Shown: positions 1-11,527 of the stretch, piece by piece
How the letters are laid out: every line of letters begins with the position of its first letter
Position numbering within the stretch: position 1 is the stretch's first letter
DNA from: Octopus sinensis
Taxonomy: Eukaryota
Length of the DNA: 64,000 bases
Assembly: GCF_006345805.1 (NCBI RefSeq)
Contig: NC_043001.1
Coordinates: forward strand, 22,754,001 to 22,818,000
Direction: 5' to 3'
The notes under the pieces: generated by a model
What the model was told of the DNA's origin: nothing
The model's input: the letters and a program-made list of their open reading frames with translations, nothing else
The model's database searches: none
Program-made: the position numbers and the translations under genes

Positions 1-185
1 GGGCGAAATGCTTAGCGGTATTTCGTCCGCCGAGGTCGACTTTACCTTTCATCCTTTCGGGGTCGATAAATAAAGTACCAGTTTCGCACTGGGTGGGTGG
101 AGTGGGGTCGATGTAATCGACTTAATCCCTTTGTCTGTCCTTGTTTGTCCCCTCTATGTTTAGCCCCTTGTGGGCAATAAAGAAA
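1..185 (+). mobile_element. SINE family A (tRNA-like head, Meta/Sauria-like core), internally deleted, starts at window edge
   Basis: Core GAGGTCGACTTTACCTTTCATCCTTTCGGGGTCGATAAATAAAGTACCAG and tail TGTCTGTCCTTGTTTGTCCCCTCTATGTTTAGCCCCTTGTGGGCAATAAAGAAAT, shared with more than 15 copies in the window. Confidence 0.85.
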
Positions 186-587
186 TATATATTAGAAGAT
201 GCTAGCCCAAAATGCCGGGCAGTGGGACTGAACCTAAGATCACGTGGTTCTTAGCTCATTTTAACCCAGGTTAACCCTGTCGAAATTTTGAAGATATTTA
301 TATAAATAGGGATGACGAACATACGGAAGCGTCCAGTTAACCTTTATTGCAGTAAATAAACCAAATACAACTGTTCTCAATCGAGGACAGTGGGTTAATC
401 ACACATAATTTATTATCCTATTGAATGTGTCAATGATGTGACTGCTTTTATTTACATTAAGATAATGCGAAGTAATCTTTCTTTCAAAATATAAAAAAAA
501 AATTTTGCATTTCAGTTTTTCAAAACCAGCCAGTATTGTTTCAAACCACCAAATATTCCACAAAATAAATTTATCAAAATATATTAC

Positions 588-948
588 TCTTTTACTTGTT
601 TCAGTCATTTGACTGCAGCCATGCTGAAGCACCGCCTTTAGTCGAGCAAATCAACCTCAGGACTTGTTCTTTGTAAGCCTATCGTCTCTTTCGCCGAACC
701 GCTAAGTTACGGGGATGTAAACACACCAGCATCGGTTGTCAAGCGATGTTGGGGGGACAAACACAGACACACAAACACACACACATATATATATACGACA
801 GGCTTCCTTCAGTTTCCGCTACCAAATTCACCCACAAGGCTTTTGTCGACTCGTGGCTATGGTAGAAGATACTGGCCCGAGATGCCACGCAGTGGGACTG
901 AACCCGGAACCATGTTGTTGGTAAGCAAGCTGCTTACCACACAGCCAC
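588..948 (-). mobile_element. SINE family B (tRNA head, CORE-like domain, internal (TA)n/(TG)n)
   Basis: Minus strand reads GTGGCTGTGTGGTAAGCAGC...GGTTCCGGGTTCAGTCCCACTGCGTGGCATCTCGGGCCAGT...GACTGAAACAAGTAAAAG; same family as about 15 other copies. Confidence 0.85.
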
Positions 949-1550
949 AAACTATAGAAGAGGGGACCGCGAAAGGTAGGGTACGTATATAATGGTTTTG
1001 GATGTCTGTTGATGGAACCTTCCGCAGGACTGTTCTGGTAAATCTCAAGCTTCTTATGTATTGAATGACTGATCATTTTGTATGTTTTATGTCTTAATTT
1101 TTTAGTAATTATTACTATATATGCTAATGCATTGATGAAATAAACTAATTTAGTAATATGTCGCTGTTTTAATAACACGCAATACATTTAAAGCATCAAA
1201 TTGGTTATTTGTTTTTTATCAGAATGACCCATCAATAATTTATTAGAAGTGATAAAGTAATTGAATTTTGAAATCAAATTCTTACATATAACCAAGTATA
1301 GATTTAACTTCTAAGGCATCAATAGGTAAGGTGCAACTGGGGTCCTTAATTTTAGTGCACGAGTTGATACATTAGTAAATAAAGGGTTTAATTCCAAAAC
1401 TAGGGCAAAAACAGACGGCATATTTGGAATCAGCGCCCCAAATATAGGTTTAGCTTTCAAGGCAGTTGAATATTTTTGTCGTTTTTCGGATTGTACGAAT
1501 ATATATTCGCGCTACATCCGTAAATAGAAATTACACCCACAAATATGGAT

Positions 1551-1683
1551 TTGCCTTTCATCCTTTCGGGGTCGATAAATTAAGTACCAGTTACGCACTG
1601 GGGTCGATGTAATAGACTTAATCCGTTTGTCTGTCTTTGTTTGTCCCCTCTGTGTTTGGCCCCTTGTGGGTAGTAAAGAAATA
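1551..1683 (+). mobile_element. SINE family A, 5'-truncated
   Basis: Core and tail match family A. Confidence 0.8.
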
Positions 1684-2223
1684 TATATTCACATCGATCT
1701 ATTCTTATGATGTGTCGAAAAGAAATAGATTGGAGTATTGGTTAGGTCAGATGATATTTAGTTTAAACTGGTAAAGCAGAAAAAAAAAAATGAAGAAATA
1801 CCGTCTAGCTTTCCATGGTGATTAAGCTAGGAACTCAATTTTGATTATGCGTCTGCTCTGTAACCATTAACCATTGATCTTATTCCTCGTTAGTTTTGTC
1901 TGGTTAGATTGGCGTTAACATTCCAATGACAACAACAGAGACTATATAATTTTTTACGTTCCTTCTCAGTTCACTTCTTAAGTGTGTTCCAGGATAAGTT
2001 CTCGTTGGCATTAGTGCCAAAATAAGAAAGAAAAAAAAAATTTGAAGGAAAATTTTTAGTACATATTTTCCCCATATTAGATGTTTATTCTCGATTTTGT
2101 GAAGCAGAAGGGAGAAGAGAAAACAGGGCTTCCTTCCACCGTAACAGGTGCATCGTTTTCTTTTTTTATTTAAAAATAAATATTTACCTAATTTGCTTTT
2201 GTTTTTATTACTTTTTTTGGCAG

Positions 2224-2265
2224 GCACTTTAAGTAGGACAGAGTGTTCTAAGCGAACTGAGTTAG
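2224..2265 (+). CDS. Candidate 42-nt plus-strand exon, (G)TLSRTECSKRTEL(G), phase 1-1
   Basis: CCTAAT branch-like motif, long T tract and GCAG acceptor; donor TAG|GTATTC is only moderate; no protein recognised. Confidence 0.2.
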
Positions 2266-2464
2266 GTATTCGGTTTCGATTCCGTTATGGAACGGATTCA
2301 TTATATATTTGTCAAGATCAGTTCACTTTTGCTGTTAATGATAATATCAGGTTTTCCCCCTTCAAGTCTTAAGGCTTTACATCTATGTAATCTTGCTTAA
2401 TTTCTAAATTTGCCTGCTGTATTTTGCGACATGTTAATTATCTTAATATCAGATAAATTCTTTA

Positions 2465-3400
2465 AACTAGAAAAGCACTCGGAGAGCGTAGACCTCCGCC
2501 AAGCAGCTCATTTCCACTCGTATACACGCATGCTGAAAATCGCCCAATTTCCCAAACCAACGCCGGAAAAAAACAATCTCCTTGGCGGGGTTAAAAAAAT
2601 AACCCTTTAAAAACAGGAATCATCTGAAGCAGTTATAAAACATCAATGACAACAGCAAGCTAGTTTTACCATACAACTAAAAAGAAACAACAATTACCTA
2701 AAACTTGAGTGATACACACACAACATCATGGTCGGAAAAGTAACAGTCGGTTACGGTGACTTGTGGACACCGATCCTGGTTCACATAAACATGATCTAGC
2801 AGGCTTCCATAGTCGGTGGTGGGTTTTTGGACTAGTTGGTCGAACCCAAACTGGTTCATAGTTGTCAAGATCTCATGGTTAGGGGAACCAAGGAGATCCA
2901 TGTTTAAATCACCAAGGACAATGGTCAGATGATTCTTTGGCAAAGATAAACGAGGTATCTGTCTACTTACGAAACTAAACCTACCTACCTACTTTACATC
3001 CCTCTGTGGTCAGTATAGTATCAATCATACCTCAAGAGTCCATAGATACGCGAGTAAAATTACCAATAGAGAAACGAAAATAAAACTTTGGAAACAGCAA
3101 CGCCACCATAAGTTACATGGAAACGATGAATGTGTTTTTAAGGGAGATAATCATAGAACGTAACATTGTAATACTTCATGTAAAGTAAATATAACAAAGG
3201 AAAAATCCTTCAAGAATCCATAAAAATTCCCAGATCACTACCAAAATTTCATCATCCGTTCCTTGTGTCATTAGCAACTTTTTCTGCAAGTTTCATCAAA
3301 TACCGTTCTCAACCTTTTGAGCTATTTTGCACACAGACGGACAGACGAACAAACCAAAGCCAATGAATATTATAACCCCCTTCTTTGGCGGAGGTAAAAA
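2465..3400 (-). mobile_element. Helentron (Helitron2) deletion derivative carrying an AP-endonuclease remnant
   Basis: Sub-terminal inverted repeats ACCTCCGCCAA (2492-2502) and TTGGCGGAGGT (3385-3395); minus-strand 3' end CTTGGCGGAGGTCTACGCTCTCCGAGTGCTTTTCTAGTT with hairpin; T-rich insertion site. Confidence 0.75.
2698..2943 (-). pseudogene. C-terminal AP endonuclease (EEP) fragment of a Helentron ORF
   Basis: Motifs IVLGDLN, GSLLDHVYV and YFSDHD followed by the stop; an endonuclease at the ORF C-terminus is the Helentron arrangement. Confidence 0.8.
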
Positions 3401-3563
3401 AAGGGAGAAAATATACTAAGCTACCTGCTGCACGAAAAGTTAATACCCATCCATTTTACTATATTTTAAATAGATAACTACATCCTCTAAAAGATGCAAC
3501 ACTTCTAAGATTCGATTTGGTTAAAAATTTAAAATAAAAATACGCAAATCACTTACTTTTATC

Positions 3564-4088
3564 TACCGTAAATCTTCGAGTATAATCCGCCCTTGAATAT
3601 AATACGCAGGGGATTTTAGGCGTCTGTACATCTGAAAAACCTAAACCTTGTGTATAATACGCACTCCTTCTCTAACTTGAGTCGTGCGTAATTAAGCCAG
3701 CAGCACCTAGTCGAACAAACACTTCCGCGCATGCGTAATACAATAATGGTGATGTTCTTAACTGTTATATGGGAATGTAAATATGTTTGCAAATTGTTTT
3801 TGTTACATGTTATTTTGTGTTCTGAATACTTTAATTTTAATAAATGATGCTTACTGCAAGTTATGGATGATTCTTTTATGACTTCATTGCTTTCAGGCTT
3901 AGCTTAAGGTATTTTTGCGCCCGACATCACAAAATGCGTCTGAATAAACATTGCCGGACAGTAAATAGAGACTCGGACATTGCTTAGAAAATAATTTTCA
4001 TTTTTAACCTCGTATATAGTACGCACGAGGGATTTTGATCTTTAAATTTTGAGGAAAATATGCCGATTATATTCGAGGATTTACGGTA
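3564..4088. mobile_element. Tc1/pogo-type MITE
   Basis: TIRs CCGTAAATCTTCGAGTATAATC / GATTATATTCGAGGATTTACGG with TA flanks; second copy inverted at 29524-30036. Confidence 0.8.
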
Positions 4089-4124
4089 TGTGACACTAAC
4101 GCAAAAACTGTCCTTGAAGTCATC

Positions 4125-4444
4125 CTGGTACTTAATTTATTGACCCCGAAAAGATGAAAGGCAAAGTCGACTTCGGCGGAATTTGAACTCAGAACGTAAC
4201 GACAGACGAAATATCTATTTCTTTACTACACACAAGGGGCTAAACACAGAGAGAGCAAACAAGGACAAACAAACGGATTAAGTCGATTATATCGACCCCA
4301 GTAACTAGTACTTAATTTATCGACCCTGAAAAGATGAAAGGCAAAGTCGACCTCGGCGGAATTTGAATTCAGAATGTAGCGGCAGACGAAATACCGCTAA
4401 GCATTTCGCCCGGCGTGCTAACGTTTCTGCCAGCTCGCTGCCTT
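4125..4444 (-). mobile_element. SINE family A dimer
   Basis: Full head at 4444, tail, then a second unit restarting at GATATTTCG (junction 4215/4216). Confidence 0.85.
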
Positions 4445-5194
4445 CACTCTGTATTACTGTCAACACAGTATACACACTCATGCTATCCTTCATACACATA
4501 CTTTCCCTAAAAGCGGACAACGCAAAAGTAAAAAGTAGGAGCTCAAGCACAATAGAACTCAATATTAGTTGTTTTATGATATTTGAGTTCAGCTGAGTCG
4601 ACTTGATTTTTTTTTAATCCTTTGAAATTGATAACATGCTCTTATCACTGTGTTAGGAAAGTTTGGTGAATACTAAGCACCCCACACCAAGAAAAAAATC
4701 GGTTTTGGGGCTCATTAAAAGAAATCTAACATTTGATTGAAAAGAGGAGTGATAACCACATATCGTGGGAACACCTCTAGAGTGTCTGATCATTGGTTGA
4801 AATGGATTCAGTTTATTCCATTTCAATAGTTAATGCCTCTAGGAAAACTGCGAACATAATAATTTCTCATTGCCTGCTCCCATCCTCAAATACATTTCTG
4901 AACCCTAGATAAAAAAGATAATAATAATATTTCACTAGTTGGAGAGTATGCTGCATTGTTAAGTGTTTACAACACAAATATGTATATTTGTAAGGAGGTG
5001 GATATAGTTGATTAAATCAACCCAGCTTTATCACTAAATGTTTTATTAACACTGGTAAGTTAAGAGATCAATCCAGTTGGGATTCAAACTCAGGACTGAA
5101 GTAAATTCTGAAGAAAAAATTAAGTAAAAATTAGTTCGGCGCTCTAACATCACTCATCACTCAAAATATCTAACATCACTCAAAATATTTTTTA

Positions 5195-5545
5195 TCTTTT
5201 ATTCGTTTCAGTCATTGGACTGCAGCTATGCTGGGGCACTGCTTTGAAGGGTTTTTTGTCGAACAGATTGACACGAGTAGTTATCTTTTTTTTTTAATGC
5301 TGGTACTTTGTCGGTGTCTTTTGGCGAACTCCTCAGTTACGGGGATGTACACAAATCAACACCAGTTTTCCAGCGGCTGGTGTAGGGTATAAACACAAGA
5401 ACAAAGACACACACGCATGCAACGGGCTTCCACACAATTTCCATCTATCAAATTCACTCACAAGGTAATGGTCGATCCGGGGCTATGGTAGCAGATACTT
5501 GCCCCAGGTGCTGTGCAGTGGAACTGAACCCGAAACCACGTGATT
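5195..5545 (-). mobile_element. SINE family B, diverged
   Basis: Degenerate match to family B head, CORE-like part and tail. Confidence 0.7.
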
Positions 5546-6016
5546 TTTAATCACACTGATAGTATATTATCCCATAGCATACGTCAATAGCAAGGCTGTC
5601 TCTATTTCCTCCATAACTCCCTTGCTTCTAAGAAAAAATTTCTCTAATGATTTCTCAACGAATTACTTTGTATACATTAGGATAATGCGAAGTAATCTTG
5701 CTCTCAAAATACGAAAAAAAACTTTTGCATTACAGTTTTTCAGAAGCAGCCAGTATTGTTCCAATTAAAAGATATATAAAATATAACCACCAACTATTCT
5801 ACGAAATAAATTGAGTTATAAGAGAGGAAAGACAAGAAAAGGAAGTCGATAACAATCTGCTGATGAAAAAAAAAAATGAAATAATCTGCTATGGATAAAT
5901 AAACAACGAAGCAATGTACTAAGAGAACCATCAATTTGTCAAAGCAACGAATGAAAATAGATTGTTATAGATATAAAAGGACGATGGGAACAGCTTTTTG
6001 AATAAAATGAACTTAC

Positions 6017-6064
6017 CTGGCCAACACCGGTAGTTGAAGTAGACTGTTTACCTTGAAGTAATTG
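6017..6064 (-). CDS. Candidate 48-nt exon (QLLQGKQSTSTTGVGQ in phase 0, or NYFKVNSLLQLPVLA in phase 2)
   Basis: Acceptor CCCTCTTTTCCGGTTTCGGTGCTTTACAG and consensus donor CAG|GTAAGT; length a multiple of 3; unique sequence. Confidence 0.45.
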
Positions 6065-6127
6065 CTGTAAAGCACCGAAACCGGAAAAGAGGGTTGTTTT
6101 TTTTTTTCCTCACCTTTTTAGTCGGAT

Positions 6128-6747
6128 GCCCTGTAAAGGGTAATGAGTACAACCGGTACTACTTAAATACAGGTCTCGACGCATCTACGTAATCCTAACC
6201 CTAAAACTAACCCTAACCGGTGTGCACTGTAAAAACATCGTTATGTAGATGCATCGGGACCTCTATTTAAGCAGTGCCGAAAGCCCTGTAAAGGGTCATG
6301 GCAGGGCCGGATTAAGACCCACAGAGGCCCTTAAACCCTTAAAAAATGTTGGTGTCCCCATATATATGTAATTCAAAATTTAAATAATAATAAACCATAA
6401 AATAAATTTTTATTTTCCAAAATGAAACGAAACTAACAGTAAGATGGAAAATGCTTATTTTTGTATACTTCCACTTTTATTTATATTTGAAAAGTTTTTT
6501 ACATTTTTTTAATTGCAAAATTTTTGATCAGATCCTCACTATGATACCATGAACACTTCGAAATTATATTTCCGATCATTATAAACCACTTGGAATAACT
6601 ATTTTAGCAAGTTTAAAGTGATTTCTTTCGTGCCGTGAAACATTTACCATTTCTGTGGTGCCCTCCGCCTTCCCTTGATGTCCTAAGCACATGCATATTT
6701 TGCTTAATGGTTAATCCAGCGTTGGGCCATGGGTACCTTTACAGAGC
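6128..6747. mobile_element. Unclassified fold-back element with a telomere-like (CCCTAA) core, split by a hAT MITE
   Basis: 39-bp inverted arms 6154-6192 and 6241-6279 (33/39); CCTAACCCTAAAACTAACCCTAACC between them; motif GCYCTGTAAAGG at 6128 and 6283 (direct) and 6736-6747 (inverted). Confidence 0.55.
6302..6724. mobile_element. hAT-type MITE
   Basis: TIRs CAGGGCCGGATTAA / TTAATCCAGCGTTG (11/14); 8-bp TSD GGTCATGG / GGCCATGG. Confidence 0.7.
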
Positions 6748-6956
6748 TTCGGAGACTGGTATGAAGGAAAGGAGGAGGAAGACGTTCAACCGGTGACTTG
6801 GTCCGAATGCTTGCAAGAGAATAATCTCCCTTGAATGCACCTAAGGTTTCTGGTGGTGGTATTAAACCTCTCGTTTGCATTAAGTTTATCATCCGATAAG
6901 GCCATGGTGGCATCTCAAGCCAGGATACAAAGAATCAGAGCAAACACTTCAAGACA

Positions 6957-7080
6957 TCCGCTAATTCTTACAGCTCCGCTAATTCTTACAGCTCCGCTAA
7001 TTCTTACAGCTCCGCTAATTCTTACAGCTCCGCTAATTCTTACAGCTCCGCTAATTCTTACAGCTCCGCTAATTCTTACA
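6957..7080. repeat. Perfect 18-bp minisatellite (TCCGCTAATTCTTACAGC, about 6.9 copies)
   Basis: Six identical units plus a 16-nt partial unit. Confidence 0.95.
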
Positions 7081-7434
7081 CCGTTCTAAGTTGTTATTTT
7101 TGTGTCGACCTCGGAAAGAGGAAAGGTAAAGTTGACCTCCGAGGGATTTGAACTCAATCAGAACAAATACCTCGAGACATTCCAACTGACGCTCTGACAA
7201 TTCTGACAATTCGCCGCTTGATATCCTGGGGATGCTGAAAGCGGACGTAGTTCCCGCAAATGTTAAATCTTGCTTTAGGTCATTCAAAAATATAAGGCGA
7301 GAATAAATTGTCCGCAAGGGGCGAAAGTAAAATGATTGTCATTCATTAAAGTGATACGGATTAATTAGTTATTGTTTCGCCTCCGATGAGTCCTGATTGA
7401 ACAAACTCAGAGTCAAAGTTGTTCCGGCTGTGAA

Positions 7435-7786
7435 AGATCCGTCTGGAGAGGAGGAGCCTGCCGCAAAGAGCGTTTGGAAAAAGATGGACGACAGTGGTAA
7501 GAAAGATGAGAATGCACGAGGCTGTGCTTGCACGGTCGGTCGGAGCATAAAAGGAAGGAAGAAGATTACCAAAAAGGGATAACCAACCGGCGGGTTAACT
7601 CACTAACCCGGACCCAAAACTCATCCGATCATCACTTATATTTTTAACTCCCAACCGTAAAATATATGTAAATCCATCTGTCTTTTCATCTTGTATATAA
7701 GAAGCATGTCTGTACCCTACATGTCCCTTGTCTGTCCTTGTAACTTCCCCTCTATGTAAACCTTTTTATAGGTGAATAAAGAAATA
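7435..7786 (+). mobile_element. TSD-flanked retroposed insert sharing the SINE-A 3' tail (candidate partner-LINE 3' end)
   Basis: 15-bp TSD TGTTCCGGC(T/C)GTGAA at 7420-7434 and 7787-7801; 7724-7786 aligns to the SINE-A tail; upstream body is not SINE-A. Confidence 0.6.
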
Positions 7787-8844
7787 TGTTCCGGCCGTGA
7801 ACATCAGACTTTTATTATTAGACTTTTACACATAATTGTATGGTTAAGAAGCTCGCTTTGTAACCAGTCCCTCTGCGATGTCTTCTAATATAGCCCTAGG
7901 CCAACCAATGCCTTTAATCGAGGGAAACTGCGGGAAGCCCGTCGTTTATGCATATATGTGCGTATCAGTGTTTGTTCCCACCATTGCATGGCAACCAGTG
8001 TTGGTTTGCGTATACCCCTGCAACTTAGCGGTTCAGTGAAAAACACCGATAGAATAAGTATCAGACTTAAAAGACTTAAACAAGTAGAATGGTCACGGTT
8101 GGAACATTTAATCATAGGTCTGCTCACCCCATGCTGATCTGAGGTAAAACAACAGCAACAACAATTTATGAACGATGTACTCTGCAGCGGAGAGGAAAAA
8201 AAACAGTATCAAAGACTCGTTGAAAATGAATTATATGTTATACTGTATTACTTCGTTCTAAATTCAAATCTTGACAGTTGATATTGTCTTCCATCCTTCA
8301 GGGATCAATAAAATAAGTGCTAGTCAAGTACTAGTTTTGATGAAACCGACTGTCTGATTTCTCAATTTTTGTTTGCCTCTGTAAATATAAATAAAGGATT
8401 ATCAGGCACAATGGAGAACTTTCTTTTTTAGTTCCATTGTAACTTTCTTTTTGATCATTGAGAAAACAAGTTCATTCAATTTGCAGCACAACCAATTTGA
8501 GTTATTATGGAAACCTTAGAGTTAGAGAAGGTATAATCTTAAGGTTTTACAGTGGTATAAAGAGAAGATATAATCTTCCAGTTTTAATCTTACAGTGGAA
8601 ACCTTACAGTTAGAGAAGGTATAATCTTACAGCAGAGGTGGTCTAATCTAACTGCAAGAAACCTGACAGAAAAGGTATAATCGGTTAATTTGATCGCAGG
8701 GCATGACAGTGTCGACTATGTCGGATAAAAGGTAAACTCAATATTACGGGAATTTGAACTCAGAAAGTGAAGAAACGGCACTAAAGACTGTAAGGTATTT
8801 TGTCCGACGCTTTATTGCTCCAACCAATCTGCCGCTCCTGTGAA

Positions 8845-9349
8845 TACAGTAATCCCTCACCATATTGCGGTTCACTTATCGCACCCTCAATACATCGCGG
8901 ATTTTTCTGGCTAGACTATAATTGCAGGAAGTGAATAAACTGAATTGGCTATCTAGAAATAATTTGAATACCGAGCACTAAACAATAAAACTTAGTCCTA
9001 ATATGTAAATTTATATCGCGGACTCCTCGGTATATCGCGGGTTTCTGCGGCCGATAGGTATATGTATATTTTTAGATTTTAATTATTTCTGTGGTTAATT
9101 AAAATATATTAAAAGAAAATACGTAGAGTACCGTAGATGAGTAAACAGAGGATCGCACATACAGTTTGGAAAACGAAACGAAACTCGGAAGGTGAGTGTG
9201 TGGTGTTGCTTTGCATTTATAATAGAATAAATATATACAGATTATAAAAAATATATACAGTACAGTACTATTATTTCTACTTCGCGGATTTTCATCTATC
9301 GTAGGAGGTTTTGGAACATAATACCCGCGATAGTCGAGGGATTACTATA
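8845..9349. mobile_element. Tigger/pogo-type MITE
   Basis: TIRs CAGTAATCCCTC / GAGGGATTACTA with TA TSD. Confidence 0.75.
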
Positions 9350-9417
9350 TATTGAATTCTAACATCGGCAGAAAGCTCCACATTTTGGTGGGTGGGTACT
9401 CGATATGATTGACTTTC

Positions 9418-9577
9418 TGAGTTCAAATTCCGCCGAGGTCGACTTTGCCTTTCATCCTTTCGGGGTCGATAAATTAAGTACCAGTTACGCACTGGGGTCG
9501 ATGTAATCGACTTAATCCGTTTGTCTGTCCTTGTTTGTCCCCTCTATGTTTAGCCCCTTGTGGGCAATAAAGAAACA
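9418..9577 (+). mobile_element. SINE family A, 5'-truncated
   Basis: 16-bp TSD GATATGATTGACTTTC at 9402-9417 and 9578-9593. Confidence 0.9.
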
Positions 9578-11113
9578 GATATGATTGACTTTCAACATTC
9601 AACTCGTACATATTTCATTGAAACTGGAAGGATAAAAGGGTAAAGTCGACGAAGGTGGTATTTGAACTCTGAACGTTAAGAGAATCATCTTAATACTGCA
9701 GAGCATTTCGTTCGTCGGTCTTATTGGTTTTGCCAAATCCACGTCTCTCTATGAAAATATAATATTGTGTTGTTCTTTCGATGCTTCGTCTTTCAAGACT
9801 GAGTTCATACAAAAATGCAACAGCGTTTCTCTCTAGTAACGTGTAAGATAAAATCATGTACAAGAACATTATTTTTTTAAGAATAACGAAGGAGAGTGAA
9901 AACTAAAAGGCAAATTTTTATCTTTTCTTCTACTTTTGTTTTTAGCTGTAAAAACACAAGCCTTAGACTAGAATTGCAGGAAGTGAATAAACTGAATTGG
10001 CTATCTAGAAATAATTTGAATGCCGAGCACTAAACAATAAAACTTAATCCCAACTCTTGAACGGTGCCAATGCGACTATAAATACCAGTGTGTTGCCACG
10101 ACGATCTCACCAGATACGAATAACAAGATAATAGTACATAGTAGTATACGTGTTCATCTACTTGTATTTATATTACCATAATTTAGAGAAGGCAGACATA
10201 AAGATATCTTATAGCCGTTAAAAAATATAGAAATAATTACCTTCAAGACGATCTTTTTCTTCTATTTAATTAACCTGTTTATTTTTTACTTTTTTCTGCA
10301 AGCATTTGGAATACAGAAACTTTTCTGTTTGTAGTGTATACAAAAGAAATCAAATGTAAAAGCTTTTTGGCATATCTATTTATATAGGAAGGAATAAGAC
10401 CAAATCACGAATCAGCAAAAGAGAAAAAAACAAACCAAAACAACTAAACTAAACTAAATGGTAATTTTTTAACTAAATTTCAACAGACAGAAGATTTTTT
10501 TTTTAGTGTTGTGACGTTCATGTTTTCTCAAAACAATTAGCGGCTCACAAATTTGGCTTGAATCAACAAGGAATTAGAATGTCGATACTGTTTTATGGTA
10601 GTGACGAATGCATGTAACAGATGTGTAAGCCGAGAACTTAAGGCAGCTAAACGCCCCCCCCCCCAAACTGATATCGACGATGAAAGCGACGGTAAGAACG
10701 ATGGTAAGGGTCAATAATCTTAGCCTCGGTGGGATTCTGATCCACTTGATCCAGTATCACATTTTTGAAAGGGTCGACGATCAATACTTAGTGGATGTCC
10801 CCAGAAAAGCTGATTTCGGTCCAGCTTTAATATGCAACAGGGTCTGCTCAGTGATCAGCCTAAATAACCAGCTGTCGGAACCAAGTCGACCCACACGCTT
10901 GGTGTCCATCACAGTTGGTTGGTGTGCTATGGCTCTAGTATGTGTTTTGGCTATTGAACCATTATTGTAGAAGCTAGAAGTGTTGAAGGACCTTTCTGGA
11001 ACTGGGACGCAGTAAAGTCGTCAATGTCGTCTTGCCATACACAGATAGTGTTGCCATATTGGTGTTGGATGCAACAAAATTGAGATAGTCGGTGCACAGA
11101 AGGAGTGCAAGAT

Positions 11114-11527
11114 GGCGGCGAGCTGGCGGAAACGTTAGCACGCCGGGCGAAATGCGTAGCCGTATTTCGTCTGCCGTTACGTTCTGGGTTCAAATTCCGC
11201 CGAGGTCGACTTTGCCTTTCGTCCTTTCGGGGTCGATAAATTAAGTACCAGTTACGCACTGGGGTCGATGTAATCGACTTAATCCGCTTGTCTGTCCTTG
11301 TTTTGTCCCCTCTGTGTTTAGCCCCTTGTGGGTAGTAAAGAAATAGGTATTTCGTTTGCTGTTACGTTCTGAGTTCAAATTCCGCCGAGGTCGACTTTGC
11401 CTTTCATCCTTTCAGGGTCGATAAATTAAGCACTAGTTACGCACTGGGGTCGATATAATCGACTTAATCCCTTTGTCAGTCCTTGTTTGTTCCCTCTATG
11501 TTTAGCCCCTTGTGGGCAATAAAAAAA
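11114..11527 (+). mobile_element. SINE family A dimer
   Basis: TSD AAGGAGTGCAAG(A/G)TGG on both sides; internal junction AAAGAAATA|GGTATTTCG at 11345/11346. Confidence 0.9.

Noticed and set aside
6070-6095. ETS-like CCGGAA motif as a promoter
   Set aside because: Better explained as the polypyrimidine tract of the minus-strand acceptor at 6065-6066.
6835-7089. ORF with a signal-peptide-like start and ILTAPL repeats
   Set aside because: The repeats come from the 18-bp minisatellite, and there is no splice or homology support.
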